A stretch of DNA of 64,000 bases from an uncultured Planctomycetia bacterium (GTDB taxonomy: Bacteria > Omnitrophota > Gorgyraeia > VGKN01): contig CAZDNS010000001.1 of the NCBI GenBank assembly GCA_964506845.1, positions 5,618-69,617 on the forward strand. Reading direction: 5' to 3'. The notes under the pieces are model-generated. The model saw only the letters and a program-made list of their open reading frames with translations. It was not told the origin of the DNA and searched no databases. Positions within the stretch are counted from its first letter, which is position 1, and each line of letters opens with the position of its first letter. Below are positions 48,695 through 58,514 of this stretch, piece by piece. Both the position numbers and the translations under genes were made by a program.

Positions 48695-48875
48695 CCGAGG
48701 GGTCGGGAAGTTTTTGTGTTTTTAGACCCCTCATCCTGAGGAGTAAAGCAACGAAGGATCTCATAGATCCTTCAGCCCTTCGGGCTTCCCCGGCCCGCTC
48801 CGCTTTGCCGGGGCGGGCAGGATGAGAGCCCTCGGCGAAAAAATAGAGAAAAAACTCCCCGAGAGCTCAATTAAC
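48695..48875. repeat. GC-rich ~100-nt structured repeat, copy 1 (CTCATCCTG ... GAAGGATCTcataGATCCTTC ... CAGGATGAG), terminator-like position
   Basis: Core at 48730-48827. Flanked by CCGAGGGG / CCCCGAGAGCTC arms. Lies 3' of the 48888..49961(-) gene. Confidence 0.5.
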
Positions 48876-48887
48876 TACCCCGATTGT

Positions 48888-49961
48888 TCAGACGTCAATG
48901 AGCTCATACTCTGAGTTTCCTATTCCAAGCTCCTGGGAATATTTTAGTTGAACAGTATAATCAATCTCAGGAAACATTTCTTTAAAAAGGTCTTTCCCTG
49001 AGGTACTATTTACTATATCAATGGAGGCACGGTCAATTGCAACCGGGTCTAAGGAAGCAAGAATTCCAATATCCTCAAATAGAGGCTCAGTTTCCTTTGA
49101 CATGCAATCGCATTCCTTAGTAAAGTGGGTAATGAAGTTTATACACGCCAATTTAAGATTTCTGGTTTTTAAAACGCCGTATACATATTCAGCCATTTTT
49201 TCCTGAATCTGGCTGGAGGTGGTTGACCATGAAATTTCGATGGCGCCGGTCCTGCATAAAACTGTGCAATTGCCACAACCTATGCATAGGTTTTTTGAAA
49301 TTAATGCTTTATTTTCATTTGTCATAACTATTGCATTCACAGGACATCTGTTTATACATATTAAACAACCTGTGCACTTTTTAGGCCTTACAGTAGGCAG
49401 GACATTTGAATGCTGATTAAGCTTGCCTGCTCGCGAGGCAAGCCCCATCCCAATATTCTTCAGAACCCCCGCATATCCTGTCAGTATATGGCCGGTTACG
49501 TGAGAAAGTGCGATGATGCAATCAACATCCTTTAAAAAAGAAGCCAGTCTTAACTTTTTGAAATATTTTAGGTCAACTTCCAGTTCCAATTGGTCATAAC
49601 CCATAAGCCCGTCTCCGATTATTAACGGCGCGCCCAGTTCTTTTGGATTAAAACCGTGCGAAACAGCCAGATTCAGATGATCCACGGCATTTGACCGCTG
49701 GCCCTTATACAATGTGTTAGTCTCTACGATAAATGGTTTTGCGTTTCTTTTCTTTATAAGCCCAACCGCCTCTTTAACCAATAGCGGATTTATGTAGCCC
49801 TTATTATTCTCCTCGCCAAATGTAAGTTTTATCCCTACAAAATCGTCTTTGCTTATTAAATCGGCTAATTTTGAGGCGCTTAAAACCGTTTTTAAGACCT
49901 CGGTTGGTTCCTTATGGGAAGTCTTGTTATTAAATCTCTTTAAATAAACCTTACTTTTCAT
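48888..49961 (-). CDS. DUF362-domain protein with embedded 2x[4Fe-4S] ferredoxin domain
   Basis: CTGCLICINRCP and CIGCGNCTVLC clusters within a 357-aa DUF362-like protein. Confidence 0.65.
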   Translation of the reverse strand: MKSKVYLKRFNNKTSHKEPTEVLKTVLSASKLADLISKDDFVGIKLTFGEENNKGYINPLLVKEAVGLIKKRNAKPFIVETNTLYKGQRSNAVDHLNLAVSHGFNPKELGAPLIIGDGLMGYDQLELEVDLKYFKKLRLASFLKDVDCIIALSHVTGHILTGYAGVLKNIGMGLASRAGKLNQHSNVLPTVRPKKCTGCLICINRCPVNAIVMTNENKALISKNLCIGCGNCTVLCRTGAIEISWSTTSSQIQEKMAEYVYGVLKTRNLKLACINFITHFTKECDCMSKETEPLFEDIGILASLDPVAIDRASIDIVNSTSGKDLFKEMFPEIDYTVQLKYSQELGIGNSEYELIDV

Positions 49962-51000
49962 CTTTATCTAAAATATCGCGCATCCATTGTGGTTCCATAC
50001 AAAGTACTATCTTAGCCATTTTATCAATTCTTCGTATCAGGGATTTTATCCTTTTGTACACCCTCAGGCGTATGTCTCTGAAATACCTGAATTTTCCATC
50101 ACTGCATCGGATAAATTCGTCTTCAAGTATTTTTATACCCTTAAATCGTGTCTGGATAACCTCCTTCAATTCTTTTGTATACCTGAAACATCCTAAAGAA
50201 TACATTATTCCATTTTCTTGACCTATAAAGTTATATATATAATTTATGAGGCTTTCATATTCTTCTTTCCACTCAGAAAGGTGAAAGATCGGATCAAGCC
50301 GCAGACCTATTTTTACGCCGGAGCCTTTTACCCTTTTAATGGCAGAGAGCCTTTCTTCAAGGGTTGGGGTTTTAAATTCAAGGCGCCTTATAAAATAAGC
50401 AGGGTTTATAGTCCAGAAGACAGAGATATTATCTTTTCTAAAAGAACCCTTTGGCAGAAATTCTGTCTCTGAGCTTTTTGTTCTGAGTTCCAGTTTCGAG
50501 TTCTCATTAGAAAAAAAATTTATTAGAAATTCCGTATAGCCGTTTAAACCTTCCAGCGCAAGGCTATCGCTTAGCTCGCCTGTCGTAAAGATACATCTTT
50601 TAAGATCGGCCTGTTTTTTTAAGGAGAGGAATTCGTCTTTAAATTTATTTAGGTTTACGTAAATGGTTATTACATGATGACTCAGATAGGACTGAAGATA
50701 GCAATAGGCGCAGTCAAATATGCAACCACTTATCAGGTCAATCCTATATTCTCCGGAATTTGTTACATCTTTATTATCAACGAATCTCTTAATAAAATTT
50801 CCTTTCTGTTTTGTTAAAAAGAGTATCCTTTTTGAACTCCCTATATGCATATTTAGGCCGGCGCCATCAGTATGTATCTCTTCTATATCATTTACCAGAT
50901 TTATGGATTTTGGATTTAGTTTTTCAAGGATTAAAGCCGTCTGTTTAAGATTTTTTACACCTCCATCAACATACACCTCTTTGAAATACGGGTTATACAT
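49951..51000 (-). CDS. radical SAM enzyme, spore-photoproduct-lyase (SplB)-like
   Basis: CIFDCAYCYLQ (CxxxCxxC followed by Y..LQ, as in SplB). N-terminal MYNPYFKEVYV resembles the SplB start. 349 aa. Confidence 0.65.
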   Translation of the reverse strand: MYNPYFKEVYVDGGVKNLKQTALILEKLNPKSINLVNDIEEIHTDGAGLNMHIGSSKRILFLTKQKGNFIKRFVDNKDVTNSGEYRIDLISGCIFDCAYCYLQSYLSHHVITIYVNLNKFKDEFLSLKKQADLKRCIFTTGELSDSLALEGLNGYTEFLINFFSNENSKLELRTKSSETEFLPKGSFRKDNISVFWTINPAYFIRRLEFKTPTLEERLSAIKRVKGSGVKIGLRLDPIFHLSEWKEEYESLINYIYNFIGQENGIMYSLGCFRYTKELKEVIQTRFKGIKILEDEFIRCSDGKFRYFRDIRLRVYKRIKSLIRRIDKMAKIVLCMEPQWMRDILDKDEK

Positions 51001-51001
51001 T

Positions 51002-51979
51002 TTAATTTAATAATTTAAATAAATCCATAAAAAATGCTTCTTTCTTTTTTAGCATATTCATAAGACTGTTCAATTCATAATATGAAGCGGGTTTAAGTAA
51101 AATATTGACAAAATTCCCTTCGAAATTCTCCGGTGCAGTTATACGCAGTTTATTATCGATGTTCATAGGTTCGGCTATTTTTAAAAATTTTCTGCTCTTT
51201 GCCATAAGCATCGGATACCTGAGTGTCCTTAAAATATTTAATAAAGCGATGGTTTTTTGCCTTGAATTTAATTCTTTAGAAAAAAGGGCATCTTTAATTA
51301 TTTTTTTATTAAAAATTTCTTTGTAGGTTTTAGCGCACCTTTGAGTTACAAACCTTAGGTTCTCCATAATTTCTTTAAATTCATTCAGGTTTGGCCTGCA
51401 GTTTAGCAATACCTTATTATATATATTGAGCCTTTCGCTGCTGGTTAGCCTCGCTAAAATCAATAACTGTCCAAGGCTTACTTTAGCCTGGAGAAAACTC
51501 TCTTTTATACCATCTTCAAGTTCGGCAATCTTAAGATAATTATCAATAACCTCCCTAGATTTAGGTAAGCCTAAAAGCGGGGAAATGAGCTCTGACAGTG
51601 CCTCTTCTTCGATTAAAAAATGTACGCTTAATTTTTTTAAGGTCTCGGCTTTATCAAGGTCATTTAAACTATTTACAGAATGATTATCGTTCAACGCCAG
51701 GAGAATGCAGTCCATATCTTCTGTTTCGCTACCGAGCACAAAGGCCTCTATCGATTTCTTCCTTAAGAGTTTAAATGTGAGCACTCTTCTAAAACCAGAT
51801 ACAATATGAAGGGTCTTTCTCTGCCTTAAGACCACGGGGTTTATCAGTCCCACTTGCTCTATTAAGCCTGATAAATTTCCTGCCTCCACTCTGTGTCTAA
51901 ACAAAAATGTTGAGTCTTTAGAGTCTATATCGTTAAGGGGGATTTTTACCGGCGCGTGGTCTGGTATTAAGATTCCCAT
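51002..51979 (-). CDS. ParB/Srx-fold N-terminal domain protein with long helical C-terminal region
   Basis: LINPVVLRQRKTLHIVSGFRRVLTFKLL (ParB-like GxRR motif). 325 aa. Confidence 0.5.
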   Translation of the reverse strand: MGILIPDHAPVKIPLNDIDSKDSTFLFRHRVEAGNLSGLIEQVGLINPVVLRQRKTLHIVSGFRRVLTFKLLRKKSIEAFVLGSETEDMDCILLALNDNHSVNSLNDLDKAETLKKLSVHFLIEEEALSELISPLLGLPKSREVIDNYLKIAELEDGIKESFLQAKVSLGQLLILARLTSSERLNIYNKVLLNCRPNLNEFKEIMENLRFVTQRCAKTYKEIFNKKIIKDALFSKELNSRQKTIALLNILRTLRYPMLMAKSRKFLKIAEPMNIDNKLRITAPENFEGNFVNILLKPASYYELNSLMNMLKKKEAFFMDLFKLLN

Positions 51980-52539
51980 CTTATCAGATTTTTACAGTTA
52001 TCGCAAAAACTGGATTCCTTGGTGTCTGTATCAGCCAGGCTATTTGAAAACGCCATTACGCATTTTAAATCTTTGCAATGGTTAAGCCCTAAAATATGCC
52101 CTAACTCATGCACGGCTTCCTTTAATGTCCTTTCGAGAAATATATTTTTATCGGATTTTGAAATGTAAAACTCGGGCCTGAGTCTGTATAGAGATACAAC
52201 ACAAATCCTGCTGTATAGGTCCGCTTGCCCAAAGATAAAGTTGAGTCCCTCGCAATAAAGGTCAATGTCGCTTATTGCAAGTAATATATCCTTCTCGGAG
52301 GTCTTTCTTTCAGCAAGTCTTTCAAGTAAAATACTTGCGTTAAATTGATTCCTGAGAGGATTGAATGCGGCATATGGAACTTCCGCATCTTTAGTTATTT
52401 CTATATGCCTTCCAAATTTTATCTCTAGAGAATTTTTCAAATAAGATAAAACCCTTTCTTCTATGTTTCCAAAAGGTGTTAGGTAAATTACCCTTTCTGG
52501 TTTTTTATCGTTCATTTCTGGGTGATGTATGGAACACAA
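51967..52539 (-). CDS. archaemetzincin-family zinc metalloprotease
   Basis: HELGHILGLNHCKDLKCVMAFSNSLADTDTKESSFCDNC matches HExxHxxGxxHCx4CxMx17CxxC. 190 aa. Confidence 0.75.
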   Translation of the reverse strand: MCSIHHPEMNDKKPERVIYLTPFGNIEERVLSYLKNSLEIKFGRHIEITKDAEVPYAAFNPLRNQFNASILLERLAERKTSEKDILLAISDIDLYCEGLNFIFGQADLYSRICVVSLYRLRPEFYISKSDKNIFLERTLKEAVHELGHILGLNHCKDLKCVMAFSNSLADTDTKESSFCDNCKNLIRWES

Positions 52540-52559
52540 GACTATATATGAAACAATCA

Positions 52560-52600
52560 GATATATAATACCTTATTTGGATTTGATTTTCAAGTGGGGT
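52560..52600 (-). promoter_or_regulatory. putative sigma70-like promoter for the 4-gene operon
   Basis: On the minus strand: TTGAAA, 17 nt, TATTAT, about 30 nt upstream of the archaemetzincin start. Confidence 0.3.
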
Positions 52601-52614
52601 TAAAATATAAGAAT

Positions 52615-54648
52615 CTATACTGCGGATTCAATCGGAGGGACAAAAAGAGAGGTATTTTTTCTTTCTTTTGAAATCTGTTCTTTCTTAATCAAATCAATCA
52701 ATATCCTTGTAATCTCAGGATCAAACTGGCTTCCTGAATTTCTTTCTAACTCCAGCAGGGCTTCTTCTACAGTCAGGCTTTTCCTATAAGGCCTATCGCT
52801 GGTCATAGCATCAAAGGAATCCGCAACTGATATAATCCTGTCAAAGAGTGGTATATCATCTTTTTTAAGCCCACCGGGATAACCCTGTCCGTCAAACCTT
52901 TCATGGTGGTGCTTTATAAGCGAGATATAGGGTGAAAAAAAGTCTATTTGAGATAAAAGTTCTGCTCCCTTAACAGGATGTAATTCAATCTCTGCACGTT
53001 CCTTTATCGACAAGGTATCGGGTTTATTCAATATTGCATCGGATATGGCTAATTTTCCTATATCGTGTATCCTGCCCAAGTGCCGTAATATCTCTATGTG
53101 CTCATCGTGGAGTTTCATCTTTCTGGCGATCAGGACTGCCAGCTTTGACACCCTCTCAGAATGACCGCGCGAATAAGGATCTTTTGCTTCAATTGCCAAT
53201 ATTAAGGTATTTATCATATTCAGGTAATCCACATGGATTTTATTATGGAGCTTGGCGTTATTTATGGCTATTGCCGCCTGAGTTGCGAATGTAGATAAGA
53301 GCCTTATCTCTTCCTCCTTAAATCTTCGCTTTGTGAGGTTGTAGGTAATTATAACCCCGAGCAATTCGTTTTTAAACTGTATTGGAACACCCAGAACTGA
53401 CCTGAAGCCTTCTTTGCAAAGCAAATCCGAATACTTAACCCTTTCATCCCTTTCTGTATTATATATATTTATCGGTTCCTTCAACTTTGCTATAAGCCCG
53501 GCAACTCCTTCTCCTATAACCTGCGGTGTCCTTTCAAGGTATTTTTTTGTTATGCCGAACGAGGCGCTCGGGATAAGTTTATTTGTCTGAGAATCGAATA
53601 ACCTGAGGGTACAGGCATGCGTATCTATTATAACGCAGGTCATTTTTGCTATCATATCCAGGACTTCCTGCAGATTGAGCGTGGAGATAATGCCCTTACT
53701 TACCTCAAATATGGTCATAAGTTCTTTGTTTGCCAAACGGAGCTCTCTTGTGCGTCTTTCAACCCTTCTTTCGAGGTTTAAATTCAGACTTTTTATCTTT
53801 TTCCAGGTTGATTTTAACTCTCTGGTCCTCAAAATCAATTCCCTGTTAGCAGACTGTAGCTGGGTGTTTGAATTTTTCAGGGCATTTTCATTGGCCTTTA
53901 GTTTGCTAATATCCTGTGATACACCCACCAAGGCTATCGTCTTTCCGCTGGCGTCTTTTACGGTAGAAGTAATCAGATGTACTATAAATTCTTCTGCCGA
54001 TTTTTTTACATTCAGAACCTCTCCCTCCCATCCCCCTTTTAGCGTGGCGTCAAATATCTTTTTTGATAAACCCTGCGGGTTGTTTTTTGAGTGCATTACA
54101 GAAACATTTTGTCCTATTAATTCTCTCGCCTCATAACCAAAGATCTTTTCTGTCTGGGGGTTTACGTATAGAATACTTCCTGACAGGTTGGTTATTGTAA
54201 CCATCTCTCTCATAGAATTAACTGCGCAGGCCATCTTCTTCAATTCCTCTTCAAGATTTAACTTCTCGGTTATATCCTGCGTTAACTCTAATACAAGTGT
54301 TATGTCTCCCTTATCATCTTTTATCGGGGTGGTGGTAAGAAGGTAGGAACGCTCTTCATCGGAAATTGTAATCCCTGACTGTATCGCCTGTTCTACCTTA
54401 CCACTCTTAAACGATTTATATGTAGGGCATCCTTCGCATATTCTTTTTTTCTTCTGGTAAGTACTATAACAGTGGGAGCCTTTAATCTTTTCTAACGGAC
54501 CAAACCACCTTTCCAACTCTTCATTTACCCACACAATCCGCATATCTCTGTCTACCAGAGATATGCCCGCGCCTATGTTGTTCAACAATGTCAGGGTTAT
54601 GTCCCTTGACAATTCAAAGGGATTATGGTTTTGCGCTACTTTTTTCAT
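52615..54648 (-). CDS. PAS/GAF-containing HD-GYP c-di-GMP phosphodiesterase
   Basis: HD..HHERFDGQGYPGGL HD-GYP signature at the C-terminus. Two PAS-like modules, coiled coil and GAF-like region N-terminally. 677 aa. Confidence 0.8.
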   Translation of the reverse strand: MKKVAQNHNPFELSRDITLTLLNNIGAGISLVDRDMRIVWVNEELERWFGPLEKIKGSHCYSTYQKKKRICEGCPTYKSFKSGKVEQAIQSGITISDEERSYLLTTTPIKDDKGDITLVLELTQDITEKLNLEEELKKMACAVNSMREMVTITNLSGSILYVNPQTEKIFGYEARELIGQNVSVMHSKNNPQGLSKKIFDATLKGGWEGEVLNVKKSAEEFIVHLITSTVKDASGKTIALVGVSQDISKLKANENALKNSNTQLQSANRELILRTRELKSTWKKIKSLNLNLERRVERRTRELRLANKELMTIFEVSKGIISTLNLQEVLDMIAKMTCVIIDTHACTLRLFDSQTNKLIPSASFGITKKYLERTPQVIGEGVAGLIAKLKEPINIYNTERDERVKYSDLLCKEGFRSVLGVPIQFKNELLGVIITYNLTKRRFKEEEIRLLSTFATQAAIAINNAKLHNKIHVDYLNMINTLILAIEAKDPYSRGHSERVSKLAVLIARKMKLHDEHIEILRHLGRIHDIGKLAISDAILNKPDTLSIKERAEIELHPVKGAELLSQIDFFSPYISLIKHHHERFDGQGYPGGLKKDDIPLFDRIISVADSFDAMTSDRPYRKSLTVEEALLELERNSGSQFDPEITRILIDLIKKEQISKERKNTSLFVPPIESAV

Positions 54649-54671
54649 AAATTCAATTTTTTAAAGAAATA

Positions 54672-54712
54672 AAAAACCAGATTTGGTACTTTAAAATCTG
54701 GTTGAGATGATG
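54672..54712 (-). terminator. rho-independent terminator (minus strand) after the 54785..55276 gene
   Basis: Minus-strand AACCAGATTT..AAATCTGGTT stem followed by TTTTTATTT. Confidence 0.45.
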
Positions 54713-54784
54713 CTTAATAAAAATATATCCTATGGAAATGAATTTGTCAATAGTGGGATTAAAGTTTATCCCTTTGGCGAAGCA

Positions 54785-55276
54785 CTACTTAGTCTCCGAT
54801 TTATTCTTTGTTTCTGTCAATATCTCCTTAATCTCCTTAAATACGGGGTGTTTTTCTCTTATTTTAACCTTAACTATCTTACTGTGTCTTTTATATTGCA
54901 TGGAGGGTTTCACAAATAGATTTATTATTTTATTCTCTTCCGTAACCTCGAATTCCAGAACAATCTCATGGTCAATTGTGCCCACAATTCTATACCATAG
55001 TTCTTTTAACACAAAAGGATCGGGTTCTCTTTTGGCAATAAGTTTTAGTTCCTTTTGATTGGAATCGCTTATTAGGAAATAATGCGCTTTTAAAACTGCG
55101 GATAGGTTATCGTATAAGGTTTTCTTATCGCATTTAATCTGGATATAGAAGCTACCTGCGGTGTCTTTTTCCTTACCGGCTGAGCCTAAAATGCCCAGCA
55201 CAGATACCCCAATAAGAACCGCAAAAATTGTTTTCTTTGTAATGCGATAAAAAATTTTTAATAGCCCGATATTCAT
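54785..55276 (-). CDS. hypothetical secreted/membrane-anchored protein
   Basis: 163 aa, N-terminal hydrophobic segment, no known motif. Confidence 0.3.
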   Translation of the reverse strand: MNIGLLKIFYRITKKTIFAVLIGVSVLGILGSAGKEKDTAGSFYIQIKCDKKTLYDNLSAVLKAHYFLISDSNQKELKLIAKREPDPFVLKELWYRIVGTIDHEIVLEFEVTEENKIINLFVKPSMQYKRHSKIVKVKIREKHPVFKEIKEILTETKNKSETK

Positions 55277-55644
55277 AGTTTAAATCTAAATTCTCTTTTT
55301 AAAGCACCCCGCAGGTCAAAAACAGCCTTGAAATCTTCTTTTGAATCTGAATCGGTTTTTAAAAGAAGTCCCTGGTCAATCAGGTTAAAAACTATTTCAC
55401 CGAAATCGTCTGTTTTTTCTATCCCCCAGTGTTCAAAAACCTCAAGCGCCATTGGCCCAAACTGCTCTATGCCGAAATCCTTTACACCCTCAAGAAGTTC
55501 TGAAGCCGAGATATGCCTTGGCTTTGGTAATTTTGAAATGGTATAACCTAAGGCATCCAGGACAAAATTATACGCGTTCTTCTTATACCTTCTGTCCTTC
55601 TCGAGAATTTTATCGATTTTCTTTGAAAAATCTGAATAAGCCAT
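55273..55644 (-). CDS. hypothetical protein
   Basis: 123 aa, acidic, no known motif. Translationally coupled to the downstream gene. Confidence 0.3.
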   Translation of the reverse strand: MAYSDFSKKIDKILEKDRRYKKNAYNFVLDALGYTISKLPKPRHISASELLEGVKDFGIEQFGPMALEVFEHWGIEKTDDFGEIVFNLIDQGLLLKTDSDSKEDFKAVFDLRGALKREFRFKL

Positions 55645-55658
55645 TTGGACTAAATATT

Positions 55659-56357
55659 CTATCTTTGACGTACAAAGGCGTCAGAAAAATTCTCCTCACT
55701 CCTAAGCCTATTTAAAATACCCTGCGCACCTGCTTCATCCTGATAAACCCCTACATAAATCCTGTACCTCTGCCTTCCCTGCCGCGATTCGGTTGTAAAG
55801 ATATGCGCCTGAAAACCTTTATTTTTTAGATATGCGATGAGGTTATTCGCCTCTGGAAAGCGTTCATACTCGGCTACCTGAATAGTGAATCCCTTTTTAG
55901 AATTCTCCTGTTTGGAAGGTCTGTCCGTCTTTACAGTTAACGGTAAGTTTTTGTAAAGCAAGGGGATAAGATATAATAAAAAAATTATAGCTATTAATGC
56001 AAATGTAAATTTTAAAGATATTCTTAAAAAGCTAATGGAATTTAAAATAGAGTTTGAAAAAGATATTTTTCTTTGACTTAAGGCCGATGTGCTAGAAGAG
56101 GTGATCTTTTTATCAAGGTCCTTTTTCTGTCTGTCCATTTTTAAAAAGGCCTTCTTCGCATCCTCTATCTCGTGCTTTATAAGCCCTATTTCCTGTTTAA
56201 GTATCTCTTTTTTCTGTTTCTCCTGCCTGGTATCGTTTAAAGTTGCTGCTTTCTTCTTCTGATCAGATTTATAAAAATTTATCAGCGTATACTCGCCGTA
56301 AAGTTTATCGCGGATTTCCTTCTCGCTCAGTTTCTTAAAGATTATCTTCTGAGGCAT
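55659..56357 (-). CDS. SPOR-domain (peptidoglycan-binding) protein
   Basis: TM anchor and coiled coil. C-terminal SPOR fold (GFTIQVAEYERFPEANNLIAYLKNKGFQAHIF...YRIYVGVY). Confidence 0.65.
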   Translation of the reverse strand: MPQKIIFKKLSEKEIRDKLYGEYTLINFYKSDQKKKAATLNDTRQEKQKKEILKQEIGLIKHEIEDAKKAFLKMDRQKKDLDKKITSSSTSALSQRKISFSNSILNSISFLRISLKFTFALIAIIFLLYLIPLLYKNLPLTVKTDRPSKQENSKKGFTIQVAEYERFPEANNLIAYLKNKGFQAHIFTTESRQGRQRYRIYVGVYQDEAGAQGILNRLRSEENFSDAFVRQR

Positions 56358-56838
56358 ACTGTTTTAGGTTTAAAACAAACTTTATTATCTGAAAATTCTC
56401 AAACAAAATCTTTTCCTTTTCTACAAAGCCGTTCTGCTGGCAAAGTCTTATTGCAGAATTCATCCTATCAGTGGTGCGGAATACCACTTCATGAAACCCC
56501 TTTTCCCTGCAGAAGTTAATAGCCTTCTTAAGTAGTAATACACCAAAACCTCTTCTGCGGAATTTAGGCGAAACAAAAAACCTTCTTAGAAGCGCAATAA
56601 ACTTGCTATCCTCCTTTATGGCAACAGTGCCAATAGGTTCATCTCCCATGGTCAATATAAAAAAAGTATCCCTTTGGCCCCCATAGGAACTACCGATATG
56701 CTCCAGGTCGGTATCCGGGTATGCGCTTTTTTCTATTGCAAACTCTTTTAATAATATAGAACTTATGAGATTTTTGACTTTTTCGCTGTCCTGTTCTTTA
56801 AATTTTCTTATCTGGATATCGTTACTCGTCTTTTTCAC
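56335..56838 (-). CDS. GNAT-family N-acetyltransferase
   Basis: VSPKFRRRGFGVLLL acetyl-CoA binding motif. Confidence 0.75.
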   Translation of the reverse strand: MKKTSNDIQIRKFKEQDSEKVKNLISSILLKEFAIEKSAYPDTDLEHIGSSYGGQRDTFFILTMGDEPIGTVAIKEDSKFIALLRRFFVSPKFRRRGFGVLLLKKAINFCREKGFHEVVFRTTDRMNSAIRLCQQNGFVEKEKILFENFQIIKFVLNLKQYASEDNL

Positions 56839-57929
56839 TTTTTACTCCTGTTTTTAACAACGCCTTCTATTAGCCTTAGAGAGACTCCCTCAATCACTTT
56901 TACCTTTCCAATCCTAACAGGCAGTACAAACCGTGTTTTTCCATGTATAAATTTTTTGTCCAGCACAATAGAAGTCATAATATTGCGTATATCTGCTCCT
57001 TTAATCTCTACAGGAAGCCCGAGGTTTATCAAAAGTTTTTCAAGCCTTGCCTTGGTGTTTTTATTGCAGAGCCCTATCTTTTTGGATATATCTGCTGCGC
57101 ATACCATACCAAAGGATATTGCCTCTCCGTGGGAGTAAAGACTGCTATATCCTGTAGCCGCCTCAAGGGCATGACCTATTGTGTGACCAAGGTTTAATAC
57201 GGTTCTTAAACCCTTTTTTTCTTTTTCGTCCCTTTCCACAATCCTCGATTTTATCATAACGCTGCTGTAAATTATCTTCTCAAGATGCAGGTGGTCTAAT
57301 TTAAGTATTTCCCTGTAATTTTCCTCAAGGTATTCAAACAATTGCTGATCAGAGATTACTCCATATTTAACCACCTCGGCAAGACCGCTTTTTATATGCC
57401 TTAAAGAGAGGCTGTTCAATAAGCCTGAATCAATTATTACAAGCCTCGGCTGATAGAAAGTGCCTATAAGGTTTTTCCCATCCTTAAGATCTACGCCTAC
57501 CTTTCCGCCAATTGCAGAATCCACCTGCGAAAGAAGGGTGGTTGGAATATTTATACATGGTATACCTCTCTTATATATCGAGGCTACAAATCCCGCCAGA
57601 TCGCCAACAACACCGCCGCCTAAGGCTATCACAAACGGATTTTTAAGGTTTTCCTGTTTTACTAAAAAATTTATGAGTTTTATTGAGGTATCTAACGATT
57701 TGCTCCTTTCGGAATCTGCTATTATAAAATCCTCCGCCTCTCTATAATTTAATCTTAGAATTCTTTTTAATCTTTTGCCGATAAGTACGTTTATCTTGGG
57801 ATTGGTTACAATTATAGGCCGATTCCCCAAGCTTAAGTTTTTCAAGGAATTATGAATCTTATCGATTATATTCCTGCCTATCAGAATATCGTAAGAATTC
57901 TCACGAAGTTTAACTTTAATTTTTTTCAT
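56835..57929 (-). CDS. aroB: 3-dehydroquinate synthase
   Basis: GGGVVGDLAGF and metal-binding His motifs, 364 aa. Confidence 0.85.
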   Translation of the reverse strand: MKKIKVKLRENSYDILIGRNIIDKIHNSLKNLSLGNRPIIVTNPKINVLIGKRLKRILRLNYREAEDFIIADSERSKSLDTSIKLINFLVKQENLKNPFVIALGGGVVGDLAGFVASIYKRGIPCINIPTTLLSQVDSAIGGKVGVDLKDGKNLIGTFYQPRLVIIDSGLLNSLSLRHIKSGLAEVVKYGVISDQQLFEYLEENYREILKLDHLHLEKIIYSSVMIKSRIVERDEKEKKGLRTVLNLGHTIGHALEAATGYSSLYSHGEAISFGMVCAADISKKIGLCNKNTKARLEKLLINLGLPVEIKGADIRNIMTSIVLDKKFIHGKTRFVLPVRIGKVKVIEGVSLRLIEGVVKNRSKK

Positions 57930-58032
57930 TTGCGTTTTAGTATAACAGCCAAAACTGGATTAGTCAAGAATGAAAGATTTAGCGATTTTGAAAAAAAGAG
58001 CATGACTTGAGTCTGAATAAAACTGGCGGGTT

Positions 58033-58509
58033 TTAATGCCCTTTACCGCGCAGCATATCAACGCTATGCGGTAAGAGACTAAGTATTACCTTTAAAGATT
58101 CCTTTACAGCCCGGATGCTGCCGGGAAGGTTAATTACGAGGGTCTTTTTACGTATGCCGCAAACACCCCTAGAGAGCATAGCCCTTTTGTTCTTATTTAA
58201 AAGAGAAATGCGCATCGCCTCAGGTATGCCGGGCACAACCTTATTTATAACACCCAGAGTAGCCTCTGGGGTAACGTCTCGCGGAGAAAAACCTGTTCCC
58301 CCATTGGTCAAAACTATATCTAATTTCAAATTATCCGAGTAAAATTTAAGCTTATTTTTTATTACCTTAATTTCATCAGGCACTACTTCATACTTAATAA
58401 TTCTAGCATCTATCCTTTTAAGCATCTTTATTACCGCAGGCCCGGATTCATCCTTATAGATACCCTTAAAACACCTATCGCTTATGGTAAGCACCCCGAT
58501 TTTTATCAT
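58033..58509 (-). CDS. mogA: molybdopterin adenylyltransferase-type MogA/MoaB protein
   Basis: GGTGFSPRDVTPEAT motif, 158 aa. Confidence 0.8.
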   Translation of the reverse strand: MIKIGVLTISDRCFKGIYKDESGPAVIKMLKRIDARIIKYEVVPDEIKVIKNKLKFYSDNLKLDIVLTNGGTGFSPRDVTPEATLGVINKVVPGIPEAMRISLLNKNKRAMLSRGVCGIRKKTLVINLPGSIRAVKESLKVILSLLPHSVDMLRGKGH

Positions 58510-58514
58510 ACTTA

